DNA from: Eledone cirrhosa
Lineage: Eukaryota
DNA: 64,000 bases
Assembly (NCBI GenBank): GCA_964016885.1
Contig: OZ024742.1
Location: 292,268,001 to 292,332,000, forward strand
Reading direction: 5' to 3'
Position numbers and translations under genes: made by a program. Position 1 is the stretch's first letter. Each line of letters begins with the position of its first letter. Positions 11,808 through 24,149 of this stretch are shown piece by piece. The notes below the pieces were generated by a model. It made no database searches. It saw only the letters and a list, made by a program, of their open reading frames with translations, and had not been told where the DNA came from.

Positions 11808-11994
11808 TGGATTGGCAGTATCGGTAGAGGGTCGGACACCATGCTTTGACGTATAGAGTTACGGCCCTTGCCATTCTGAGTTCAAATCCCACCGAGGTTA
11901 ACTTTGCCTTTCATCCTTACGGGGTTGATAAAATAAAGTACCAGTAATGCACTGGGTAATTGCTGGCCTTGTGCCAAAAATAGAACCAATTATT
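11808..11994 (+). mobile_element. SINE family B
   Basis: Homologous to the other copies. Confidence 0.85.
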
Positions 11995-12096
11995 ACAATA
12001 CAGTACCATTTTAGAAATATGCACAACTTCCATCATCATCATTGTCATTATCATCAACAGCATCACCATCACCATTATCATCACTATAATTTACAG

Positions 12097-12796
12097 ATGA
12101 CCGTGTCCTGCTCATACGGAAATGATTTGGGATTGGTTTCTACAGCTGGATGCCCTTCCTAATGCCAATCACATTTCCAATGTGTACTGGGTGTTTTTTA
12201 TTGCAACACCTACATGACCACTTTTCAGCATGAGCTGGGCACTTTTTGTTGTGTCACCAACATGACCACTATACAGTGTGGACCAGCTATTTTTTGTCGC
12301 GACACCCAAACGACCACTTTACAGCATGGATTGGGAGGTGGGTAGGGAAGGTGCATGGGGATTGGAGAGCTAGATCTAGAGCGAGGGACTTATCAGGGAG
12401 GGTTTATGAGTAGAGTGTTAGGACAGGGGAAGGAGAAGGTAGGAGAAAGTGGTGCATACTAGATGTGTGCTTCAATCTATGCACATGGGAAGGTGGGTCT
12501 TCTGTATTACTGCAGAATGCCAGAGATCTCGATCCTGTGTCATTCATCACCTTTGAGGGTGTAATTGTGCAAGATCAGCTTTTATCACCTTGTCCCAAGT
12601 CTTTCTATTCCATAGCTTCCATCAACTTTGAGCACTCTGCATCTTTTTATACAGCTGTCATTCTCCATATGCATCACATGTTCATACCACTGCAATTTTC
12701 TTTCTTGCACACTGCATCTGATCCCTCTTATGCCCAGTTTCTCTCTCAGTTCATTTATGTTTTTCTGCTCAATATATTACTATTACACATCCATCC

Positions 12797-12798
<2 letters not shown>
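12097..12798 (-). mobile_element. RTE LINE 3' fragment (end of ORF plus 3'UTR with ~48-bp repeats)
   Basis: Reverse-strand similarity to 6720-7260 (ELREKLGIRGIRCSVQERKLQWYEHVMHM). Confidence 0.75.
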
Positions 12799-12832
<34 letters not shown>

Positions 12833-12834
<2 letters not shown>

Positions 12835-13345
12835 CCCTGGGCTTAAACCCAACTGCCTTTTTTTTTAACTTCGTCCCCTCTCTCCCCTCGGTTACTTACT
12901 TACATGTGCCATTGTCCTGTGTTTCCCCCTTCTATCGGTATTTTTTTTTCTCTTTTTTCTTTCTTTCTCTCTCTTCGCTATCACCTCTTTTTCGTCTTTT
13001 CTTTCCCTCATAACTTATTGATAAGTTATGGGCACACTATGGATAGATGTATTGTCTATAATGCACTGAAACATCCGTGACCTATAGTAGACAACTGATG
13101 AAGGGAAAATGTCTATCACTTGTTTGTGTTCCCTTAACTTTCTAACACTCGTTATCAGTAACCATGCAGCCTCGTCCCTCTCAATCCATATTTATGTGTA
13201 TGCATATATAGTCTCTATTTTGTACTCCTGAAGAAGAGCTTAAGCCCGACATATCCAACTTTCTTTCCTCTTCTCCATATAAAGCATGAAACTAATAAGA
13301 CTTTTTGTACCTCTGTTTATTGTCTCCTTGAACTATATTTATATA
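12833..13345 (+). mobile_element. Probable Penelope-related non-coding repeat with decayed hammerhead cores
   Basis: CTGATGA-AGGGAA..TTCCCT at ~13095 and CTGAAGA-AGAGCTTAAGCCC-GACA at ~13228; adjacent to (TA)n. Confidence 0.35.
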
Positions 13346-13819
13346 ATCATCCTCATTGTTTTTCCCACTAGCAAAGGTATATATATCTCCCAAATCTAAC
13401 TCACAAGGTATTGGTCAACCCAAGGTTATAATAGAAGTCACTTGCCCTAGGTCCCACACAATGGGAATGATCGTTAAACCATATAGCTACAAAGCAAACT
13501 CCTTAACCACACTGTCATGTTAGTGCCTACAATGAATATTATGAATATTATTAAATAAGAACAAGTGAAAAGATGTTTTGAAATATTTAATTTAATTACA
13601 TTTCATTTGTCTCATTTATCCTGAAGGATTATTAGTAATCAATATCTTCTGATTACAACCCAGCTTGAATAATTTCAAAATCTTTCAAGTGAAATATTTG
13701 ACAAAATATTTTTTAATTAGTTTAATTATTGTTCCATAGAAGACAGTACAGCAGTTGAATTCCATACCAAATTACAATGATACCTTGTGGCTGCCAGCAG
13801 GCTTCTAATGGTGAGATCT

Positions 13820-14250
13820 TTAACCCTTTCATTAACATATTTCCAATGAAAATCACTGTCTATGATGTTCAAACGATTTCAAAAATAATTAAGACTTTGG
13901 AGGGAATTAGTAATATAATTAACTTTCTCATTAAACTAGTGACTGGAACATAATTTAACAAAGATACTTACATAAAATTTATGATGAAAAATATTTAGAT
14001 AAAATATATACACTTTAACCCTTTTTTTTACCACACTGTATCTAACAAAAGACACTATAATTTTCATTTAGTTTTGAAAAATAATCAAGAATTTGGGGAT
14101 TTAATAATATAACTATCTCATTATTATGCTGTTTTTTTTAATGTAAATTAAATGGTTTCACATAAACTTATAGGTTTCTCAATAAATATAAACATTTTAA
14201 CATCTTCATTACTAAATTTGTAATAAATTACACTGTAACTTGTTACTACC
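13820..14250. mobile_element. Degenerate piggyBac-type MITE copies
   Basis: Units starting TTAACCCTTT at ~13820 and ~14015, mutually similar and similar to the reverse of 28620-29174. Confidence 0.5.
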
Positions 14251-14620
14251 AGTAGCCACTTAATTGTGATATATTTAACCCTTACAAAACCTTCAAAGGA
14301 ACTGCAAACAATGTATGAGAAAAATAAAAATGTTTAAAATGTTAAAGATACTCGAACATAGTTGTGTCTAAAAGAAAGGTTCTCTCTCTTTTTTCATCTC
14401 TCTTTCTCTCTGTATAAAATGCGTTAATAGTTTTATTAAATAACGTTACAAATGGGAGTGAAAACATATATGATATATAGAAAGCATATAAATAAATTTA
14501 CAGTAGAATAACATAACAAATATGTTTTAAATATATACATAAATAACATTACAAATGCTTAGATAACATTATAAATTGCTCGCGATTCTTTCAGAAGGAT
14601 ATATTCCTTTAATCTTGCAA

Positions 14621-14965
14621 TCATCATCATCATCATTTTACGTCCACTTTTCCTTGCTTGCAAGGGTGGGAGGGGAACTGATTCTGGCTTGATTTCTACA
14701 GCTGGATACCCTTCCTAACACCAACCTCATTTACAGTGAGTGCTGGGTGCTTTTTCGTCGTGGCACCTCCACGTCCACTTTGCAGCTTTGCAGTGGAATG
14801 ATAGGGACCCCAGTCCTATCATCTCATTTCTACTGCTGAGTAAACTGGAGCAATGTGAAATAAAGTGTCTTGCTCAAGGAAACAACACATCACCCGGTCT
14901 GAGAATTGAACTCACAACCTTTCGATTACAAGGCCAATGCTCTCACCACTAGGCCATGTGCCTCC
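14621..14965 (-). mobile_element. SINE family A
   Basis: Reverse complement of 422-762 with a (ATG)n tail. Confidence 0.9.
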
Positions 14966-14979
14966 AATACCTGCAATAT

Positions 14980-16900
14980 TAAAGAAAATGTAAAGGAAGG
15001 GGTGAACAACCGAGCCAACACCAGAGCAAAAGACAGCAGCATCGCGAGGAGTACTGGGCAACCTTTCTAATGATTTTTTAGGCAAGCCAGCACACTCGCA
15101 GCATTTTCTTGGTGATGGCGAGGCTAATGCACTGGAACAACCAAGGACCCTCATGAGATTCGCCAGTTACCTCTATTAAGCGAGCCGCCAGTGAAGAGAG
15201 GAACCTCGCAGTGGCCCGACTCCCCCAAACGTCTTGAAAACCACAGGCTGAAAAATGTAGCTGGCTGACAGATCACAGTATTTGAGGGTCTTACTCCGTT
15301 CGGCTGCAGGAGCTGTGACTCTCGCCCTAACCGCAGTATCCAGGATGTGAAGAAACAAAAGAGTCACTAACAGTGACGTCCCAGACAAGGCACCTGCCTC
15401 TCGACTAGGTGCACCGGGTAAGGCCGTCAGGTCTTTTGCCGTTACTTCTGGACAACCCAGATGGTCCCAAAACTGAGGAGATATTCGCCCGGGCCAAAGC
15501 TCTCTTCAGAATGAGATTTAGCTCCATGCGACACATGAAGCGGCCGGCATTCAGGCGGCAAGAAAGACCGTGGAGTCGAGGAGGTTTCTGCAAACTGAGT
15601 CAGACTCTCCAAGAGCTCAAGTTTGGTGTCACCAGCCGATAAGGAGATACCATCCTTGAGGTGTTGAGGATGAAGGCCGTCAATCCCCGTGCTTGACTCA
15701 GCGGGGAAGGATGAAATCACCTTTCTGATGATATCGGTGGTGTAAACCGGTCTTGAGTATTCTGGTGGTTCGGGCCAGTGTAGCTGAACATCTGGGGGTG
15801 CCGATGGGTGCTTCTCTTTCAGTCGCTTAAGAGAATCAGAGTTGTGCGGAGTGAGGGCGGACAGAGAAGAGAGGAGACAGACAACCCCTTTAATGTCAAA
15901 TTCGCTAAATTTGGCATTGACCGCTCACTTGAGATCTATCGGTTGACTGTTGGTGGACACTGGCTCGATGTCGAACTGAGGTGAGATGTGGTTGGGGTGG
16001 ACTCAAACAGCTGGAACTGCCACTTGAGAGAGGACGTGAGGGAACCTGAATTCGCATTGTGCACGTGAAGAGAGACGAGAGGAAACAAAAACAATTTCTG
16101 CCAGTCAGACCTATTGTTGGACGAGCAAACGTTTTTCAATAAATTAGAGAGGGCACGTGCAAAGCTATTCCAAGCTCCCTTAAGGATCCAGTTGACGAGC
16201 TTTGATTTGGTGAAACCCTGGAGGGCTGTGGCAAAGTCCTCGGTAGAGAGTTGGTCATCAAAGCGTGGGGCATCCCCACGGAATACATCGGAGCTGAAGT
16301 GGCACCGATTACAGGTCCAGTATTGAAGCCTTTCGGTTTGAGCTTTGGTGATGCCGACACAGCTTCTGTGGTAGCTTGCGTGGCATAGGTGACATTTGAT
16401 TGTCTTTAACCACCAGCTAGTGCGGACACAGAGACTGCAATCAGGTGGTGGGTTGGCAGCAGCCGGCAGTAGAGGGCCAGCGTTGGAATTCGGTGGAGGG
16501 AGTGAGTCAGTAAAAGAGGCAGCAATGGTTCTAACAGTGGAACTAGAGCGGAGGTTGGGTGGAGAGCTAACAGTTGTAGGGGTGGTGGGGTTGGCTGGGT
16601 TGAATTCGCTCAGAATCTTCGGTGAAGAGGAGGAGGGGATAGGTGGTGACAAGTTAGCTCCTCTCGTGCGTGCCAAAGTTGGTGGAGAATGGTAAGTCGA
16701 AGGTTGACCGGTTGTAAGATAGTCGTTCCACCAAGCAGGTCTCTTGTTCGTTCGACGCATGCCCCCACCACCTAGAGTGGGTTAGTTTAAAGTGGTGGTA
16801 ACTTTATCAATCGGCAATCGCCGGTGATAGTTCGATCGAAACATCGGGCCATCAACAGGTCGAGCGAAGACATTGGTGGGCTGTGCACGAGGACGAAGTA
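14980..16900 (-). mobile_element. CRE-type (restriction-like endonuclease) non-LTR retrotransposon, internally deleted
   Basis: N-terminal PHD finger; LKEKHP..SSTGIDGLHPQHLKD (pre-RT region); then directly HGLSC..GKRPDGLT..LVWDVT..AAERSKTLKY..FQCISLAI..NAASVLA (RLE). RT core absent; ends approximate. Confidence 0.8.
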
Positions 16901-17887
16901 AGGGGTGAGCAGAGGGAGTGATAGAAAATGGAGAAGGGGGAGAAGATTATGAGTGCGTGGAGATGAGTGTGGTCATGTGAGAGGCAGGTAAACACAATGG
17001 AAGAGAAAGAGCAATGAACATGCAAAGAGAAAATAAAATCGTTAGAAGTAGAAATACTAAGGCTGTGAGTTTGTGTAATATTTCGCATGGGTAAATCAGT
17101 AAAATCAGAAATTGGGAGTTTGTGTAAAATTTCACATGGGCAAGACTTCAGTAAAATCAAAACTTGAATGTTAGTGATACAAGATGTTTACTATTAAAGA
17201 GTGATTACATTACTGGTCCTGAATTCTATCAAATGGTCAAAGCTTCTAATTCTATGAAATAGAATGGAAGTATGGATTGAGCTTTCAGTCACACCTGTCT
17301 ATAAATAGATTCAGGTTATTTCAAGAGAGAGATGGGGGTGGTGCCATGTGTTATCTCTTCTTGTGAAGCTAGTGTCAGTTCTCGCCATTTATAATTATTT
17401 ATTTTTATTCTATTTTTTGGGGGTTTGTTTTTGAAAAATTGTAAGTGAACGTTAAGGAGGAATATGTAATTGTGTGATACAATTGCTCCAGGTTGGTTTC
17501 ATGCGTTGTTGACAGTAGAATGTGACAGTGGATTCTGGTCCACAACCAATCCTTTTAAATGTTTCTTCTGAATATCTGTTATTCCTCTCTGTAAATGGTA
17601 AAAATCCGTTCGAATGTCCCTGGGAGTTAAATGATCCAACGGAATGGTAAAATCCAGTTCTTTGAAGAATACTTTCAAGTTGTCTCAGACAAAGCACACA
17701 CTCATGCGAAAAAAGCGAAAAGTTGAAAATGTTTACCTCGTTTGGTGTTGAATTTGTAGGTCCAGAAATCTTTTTCAATCACAAGAAAGTGCACACACTC
17801 GCATACGCATACATATATGTATATATACATACACATATATCAATTAACATGTATTTCACATTAAACACAGAGAGACATCTGTAAATA

Positions 17888-18076
17888 ATAATAACTGTTT
17901 CTACTTTTTGGCACAAGGCCAGCAATTACCCAGTGCATTACTGGTACTTTATTTTATCGACCCCGTAAGGATGAAAGGCAAAGTTAACCTCGGCGGGATT
18001 CGAACTCAGAATGGCAAGGGCCGTAACTCTATGCGTCAAAGCATAGCGTCCGACCCTCTACCGATACTGCCAATCC
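17888..18076 (-). mobile_element. SINE family B
   Basis: Homologous to the other copies. Confidence 0.85.
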
Positions 18077-18216
18077 AAATAATAACGATATTTAGATATA
18101 AATATACATATCTCTATTGGGTTTTTTTCCTTGTGTATAGCAACACGTGGTTGTGTGTGTTGCTGCTGACTCTAGCAGAGCCCAAGAAAACACGTCGTGC
18201 CCTAACAGTACCAGCG

Positions 18217-18255
<39 letters not shown>

Positions 18256-18261
<6 letters not shown>

Positions 18262-18738
18262 GCCACCAGAAATAAAATCTGTGAAATATATAACGCCATC
18301 TATCTGTTAGCTAGCTACCTCAACGTGAAACCAAACAACCCTTAGAAGCTACCAGAATAAACGCCTACACAGGGGCTAAACATCAAACGATTATTTCTGT
18401 ATAAATAGAGTGATTCCAAACACTTCGCCAGTCGAAATTTGGCTGTCAACCCGCGTATCGTTGTTCCTCGCCTCTGCCACGCTTTGTCACTCACACATGC
18501 CTTGTACCTTGTATCGTCGCTTCATGTGAAAATAAATAACTGATCGAATTTACATCACTCGCCTTGCTTCGTCGTTTCAACTTGTGCTTTCGTCTGTTCA
18601 TCCTCACCGTATATGACAACAGTTCTTTTAAGGGCTATCTTCAGATACGATCAGACCGTATGCGATAACAGTTCTTTTAAGGGCTATTCTCGGATCTGAT
18701 CGGAAGAAGTGACCAGACTGACCAACCACGTCGCTACA
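18256..18738 (+). repeat. 5' LTR of Gypsy copy 1
   Basis: TGTACAG...CGCTACA; TATAAATA at ~18400; AATAAA at ~18531. About 20 substitutions against the 3' LTR by eye. Confidence 0.95.
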
Positions 18739-18740
18739 AT

Positions 18741-18772
18741 TGGTGACCCCGACGTGATTCGAACGCGCAACC
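18741..18772 (+). promoter_or_regulatory. Primer-binding site, tRNA-Trp (extended to ~32 nt)
   Basis: TGGTGACCCCGACGTGATTCGAACGCGCAACC is complementary to the 3' end of metazoan tRNA-Trp(CCA). Confidence 0.85.
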
Positions 18773-18797
18773 AGATAGCACCTAAGAAGATACCAAC

Positions 18798-21700
18798 ATG
18801 GACATGTCACAACCAACGACAGAGGCCGAGATTTCAGAGCTGCGGGCTATGATCAGAGAGCGGGATGGTCAAATTAAAGCACTCTCAAATCAAGTAGAGA
18901 ACATGACCTTTCAAGCACACCGACGACGCAGCAACAGTCGATCCAGACCTTTTCACAGTCAAAGATCCAGAAGTCCCAGTCAAAATCGTGTGCCTGGCAA
19001 CCTCTGCTGGTATCACACAAAATTCGGTGCACAGGCATCTAAGGGCAAAGCCCCGTTCCAGAATACCACCCAGGGCTTAGCGATGACGTTCACCCCTGGT
19101 ACTGAAAAGAAAAGTCGTCTATTTTTTACCAACGACCAAGCGACAGGCATCGTGGATACAGGAGCCCAGATTAGTGTTATTCCTGTTTCACTAATCTCGG
19201 GCAAAAGACACCCAACACCGTCCTTTCTGCAGGCAGTGAACCGATCGTCAATTCCGACTTTCGGAGAAAAATCACTGACCCTCAATTTAGGCCTGAGGCG
19301 GCGTTTTCAATGGGTGCTCGTCGTGGCAGACCTGCCGACCCCTATCCTAGGAGCCGATTTTCTCCACCACTTCAACCTTCTGGTGGATATGAAGAACCGG
19401 AGACCTATTGACACCACCACAAACCTCACTGTGAGAGGTATATTTACCACGCAATCCACAGTGAGCCCTGTAATTTGCCAGTCAGAGCCTTCGCGGTACA
19501 ACGGCATTCTCCAGAAATACCCAGACATCACTCGCCCAGTATTTAAGGATGGTCCTATTAAGCATAGTGTCACGCACCACACCGAGAGAAGGGGACCACC
19601 CACAGCTGCCCGACCAAGGAGACTGCCTCCAGACCGATTGAGAATCGCCAAGCAGGAGTTCCAACACATGCTGGACCTCGGAATCATTCGCCCTTCCTCC
19701 AGCAACTGGTCTGCACCCCTACACCTTGTTCCTAAAAAAAACGAGAATGATTGGCGACCATGTGGGGATTATCGTGCACTTAACAATTCTACAGTGCCCG
19801 ATAATTACCCTGTACCTCACCTGCACGATTTTTCTGCCTCTCTGCAAGGCGCACGCATCTTTTCCAAGATAGATTTGGTGCGTGCATATAACCAGATACC
19901 TATGGAGCCTGCAGATATTCCGAAGACCGCAATAACAACACCGTTCGGTTTATTCGAATTCCTGCGAATGCCGTTCGGTCTGCGCAAAGCTGCACAAACT
20001 TTTCAGCGGTTTATTGACAACCTGTTACGCGATCTACCCTTCGTATACGCGTATATTGACGACGTGCTGGTAGCAAGTACTTTCGAGCAAGAACACGAGA
20101 AGCACTTAGATCTCCTTTTCCAACGTTTGGCTGAGTACGGTATCATCATCAACCCCAGCAAGTGCCTTCTCGACGTTCCTTCACTGTCCTTTCTCGGGCA
20201 CATCATCGATAAAGACGGCATCCGTCCACTTCCCGAGAAAGTAGAAGCTATCCGCAGTTTTCCCGCACCTACATCACTTCGGAAACTGCGTGAATTTCTC
20301 GGTCTGGTGAATTTTTATAGGCGTTTTATCCCTCATTGTTCCGACGCAACCAGACTCCTCCCGGACCTTCTTCGTAACCGAACTCGCAAAAACGAAGAGA
20401 TCACTCTAAACGAGGAAGAATTAACATCTTTTAACCGAGGAAGAATTAACATCTTTTAACCTGAAGGAAATGTTGGCAAACGCTTCCATGCTCGTTTTCC
20501 CCAGGTCTGGCGCTCCTCATTCGCTGCTAGTGGACGCATCAGACACTGCGGTTGGAGGCGTTTTACAACATATCGACGGCGTGTGGCAACCCTTATCCTT
20601 CTTTTTTAAGCGGTTGCAACCGGCAGAAACGAAATACAGTACCTTTGGCCGCGAACTCTTGGCAACCTACCTTTCGGTTAAGCATTTTCGGCATATGCTC
20701 GAAGAGTCGGATTCGTGATCTAGACGGACCATAAGCCACTAGTTTATACGTTCCGTACCAAACCTGATCGACATTCACCGAGAGAACTCCGACACCTGGA
20801 TTTTGTCTCCCAATATTCAACTGATATCCGGCATATCAAGGGATCAGACAACGTAGCAACCGACGCCCTGTCCCGAATCCAGCTGAACGCAATACATGTG
20901 CATTCAGGCATCGACCTTCAACACATCGCAGCTGACCAAGAGACTGACGAAGAGTTTATCAAGCTCCTAGATTCTCCATCCCTCAAGTTTCAGCAAGTTC
21001 CCATTCCTTCTTCTCCGGGACAAATTTGGTGCGACCTTTCTACCGGTCATGAACGACCTTACGTACCACAGATGCATCGTCGACAGGTTTTTTCTGCTTT
21101 ACACTGCTTGTCTCACCCGGGAATCCGGGCTACACGAACTCATCTCTGCTCGTTTTGTGTGGACTAACATTAACAAGGACGTGCGCGATTGTTCCAGGAG
21201 CTGCATTGCCTGCCAGAAAGCCAAAGTCCAAGGACACATCAAAACTCCACTCGGCACATTCGCGCAACCTGATGCACGTTTTCATCATGTGCATATCGAC
21301 ATCGTCGGACCTCTACCACCATCACAGAACTACACACACTTGCTCACCTGCATAGATCGATTTTCCCGTTGGCCTGAGGCTTTTCCCATAAATGATACCT
21401 CAGAGGAAACAGTCGCTAAAACTTTGGTTTTACACTGGGTATCACGTTATGGCACCCCAGCGAAGATAACAACGGACAGAGAACGCCAATTTGACTCGCA
21501 CCTCTTCAGGGAACTGACTCGCCTGTTAGGATGTAAACACATCAGCACGACAGCTTATCACTCGCAAGCTAATGGTCTCGTGGAAAGATTCCATCGCCAA
21601 TTGAAAGCTGCAATAAAAGCATATCCAGACAAGACCCACTGGTTTGAATACCTACCACTCATCCTTCTGGGAATTCGATCCACCGTTAAGGAGGAATTCG

Positions 21701-22196
21701 GACACACACCTGCAGAATTAGTGTACAGCACCACCCTGGTTCTACCTGGTCAGATGGTTGCTCCCATCACTCCTCAGGATGTTCCAGACCCAGGATCATA
21801 CGTACACCGTCTTCGACAATATATGTCTCACCTTGCTCCTGCAAGCACCCGTCAACAGAACACGGCCACACACGTACCTTCAGACATTAAAAATTGGACA
21901 CACGTTTTCGTTCGCAACGACACCATCTCAGCTCATCTTCGACCTCCATATTCTGGCCCTTATCGTGTTCGAAAAAAATATCCGAAATATTTTATTCTCG
22001 ATCTAGATGGTAAACAGAATTCTGTCAGCGTACACAGATTAAAAAAAAGCCATCATGGATACTGTTACAGTATCTACACCAGAAACTCCAACAGATTGCT
22101 GTTCCAGCGAGCCACCTGTTTCATCTCCAGTCACGAGAAGTGGACGACGCGTCCATTGGCCCGCCAAGGTGGCACAATATGTGAATTACCGTTAAC
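18798..22196 (+). pseudogene. Truncated gag C-terminus plus pol (protease, RT, RNase H, integrase), frameshifted
   Basis: IVDTGA; [11 protein letters not shown]; MPFGL; YIDDVLV; [15 protein letters not shown]; H..H..CIAC; [28 protein letters not shown] 25-bp duplication at ~20412-20461 breaks the frame. Confidence 0.92.
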
Positions 22197-23115
22197 CTCA
22201 AGTGAGTTTCTTAATCATTCTTCGTGCAAAACATTTCCATTTTTCTTGTGTTTACTATTTCCAGTTTCAAATACTTTCTGCTTGAACAATTGCAATTTTT
22301 AGTGACCATGTGCTCATATCACGAAGAACATTATTTATTATGAACATTATTTATTACAAACACTGTTTAAGAACAAACATTGTGCATATTGTGTATAACA
22401 TTTTTTTTCTTCTCTCTCTTGTTTTGCAAATTTTTTATTTTTCTTGTTCTGTAACATTGATTGTGTAATTGCCATAATTTCTATATACATACAAGGCGTG
22501 TACATATTCTGTTTTTCATGCACACTACAAAACCACGTTTGTTTCACCTTTTGGTTCATACACGGAGCAATAGATATTTGTGTCCCTCTAACTCTTACAC
22601 TACAAAATGTTTTCTCTTTGATCACGCATTTCACAAATCGCATCCTCAAAACACTGGCCTTCCTTTTTCACGTACACATTCACTCAATAGCTCGAGAATG
22701 CCTCGCTATTTTTTTACCACATGCATTCGCTCAAGTCATATGCTGTGGAGCAAACTGTTACTTTTAGGCAGCATGCTTACGGCCATTCAGTTCACACATT
22801 ACGGTTATCTTCACTGCCCAGTTAGACTTTTTGTCACGCAATTCACAGGCAGCTCAACCCAAATTGCAACAGGCTCATTCATCACGCCTGCATAAATCTG
22901 GTCAAAGTCATTTTATAGTTTATTTCTTTTTCTCTTCCTGACACACACATCTTGCCATATTATCTCTACATCGACTCTGTCCTGTACTCGATGATCACAA
23001 AATTTCACAACGTGCTGGACACTCCTGGGGCTATTGTCATGACAAATGCCCCACTGGCCCATTACTATACGATATTTCGCTCTTTTGTTGTACAAAAGAT
23101 CTAGCAGGGGGCTAA

Positions 23116-23598
23116 TGTACAGCCACCGGAAATAACATCTGTGAAATATACAACGCCATCTACCTGTTAGCTAGCTACCTCAACGTGAAACCAAACAACC
23201 CTTAGAAGCTACCAGAATAAACGCCTACACAGCGGCTAAACATCAAACGATTATTTCTGTATAAATAGAGTGGTTCCAAACACTTCGCCAGTCGACATTT
23301 GGCAGTCAACCCGCGTATCGTTGTTCCTCGCCTCTGCCACGCTTTGTCACTCACACACGCCTTGTACCTTGCATCGTCGCTTCATGTGAAAATAAATAGC
23401 TGATCGAATTTACATCCCTCGCCTTGCTTCGTCCTTTCAACTTGTCCTTTTGTCTGTTCATCCTCACCGTATGTGACAACAATTCTTTTAAGAGCTATCT
23501 TCAGATACGATCAGACCGTATGCGATAACAGTTCTTTTAAGGGCTATTCTCGGATCTGATCGGAAGTAGTGACTAGATTGACCAACCACGTCGCTACA
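23116..23598 (+). repeat. 3' LTR of Gypsy copy 1
   Basis: Direct repeat of 18256-18738, preceded by the PPT. Confidence 0.95.
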
Positions 23599-23607
23599 CA
23601 CACACAC

Positions 23608-23708
<101 letters not shown>

Positions 23709-23789
23709 TAAGAAATTGTGACACCAAGAAAAATGATCAAATGCATATGGCCATAATTATACCGCAACTACGATAAATAGAAACTGATC

Positions 23790-23846
23790 TAATCTATTTC
23801 TGTCTACTCGAGACCATCCAGGTCTCGAGTAGACAGAAATAGATTA
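23790..23846. repeat. Perfect 26-bp inverted repeat with a 5-nt loop
   Basis: TAATCTATTTCTGTCTACTCGAGACC-atcca-GGTCTCGAGTAGACAGAAATAGATTA. Confidence 0.95.
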
Positions 23847-24149
23847 ACATCTTCGAGAGGTTTCTGGAACTCCGGGAAGCTACAGTACAAGTTACATAAT
23901 GGATATGAAAGTTATAAATGCATTTTCGTGACGAAACGGGAGCTTCTCTCATCGGCAGGTTCCGTTCCGTAATATCCAACGTGTTTCTGCTGAGAGATAT
24001 TGAGGAGGCATTCTACTATGGTAGTAAATTCACCTGTCATCACGTGACTTAGCATGTGAACAAAGATATTTTCAGTCTCAAACAAAAGCTCTCAACTAGC
24101 ATTTATAAACAAAATCAATCGAATACATGAAACTAGGTAAAATTTGTTA

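Larger units (their letters stand above)
18256..23598 (+). mobile_element. Ty3/Gypsy LTR retrotransposon, CsRn1-like, copy 1
   Basis: 483-bp TG..CA LTRs, tRNA-Trp PBS, CHCC-type gag finger (CWYHxxFG..C..PC in copy 2), PR-RT-RNaseH-IN order, PPT AGCAGGGGG. Flanked by (TA)n and (CA)n(TA)n. Confidence 0.95.
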
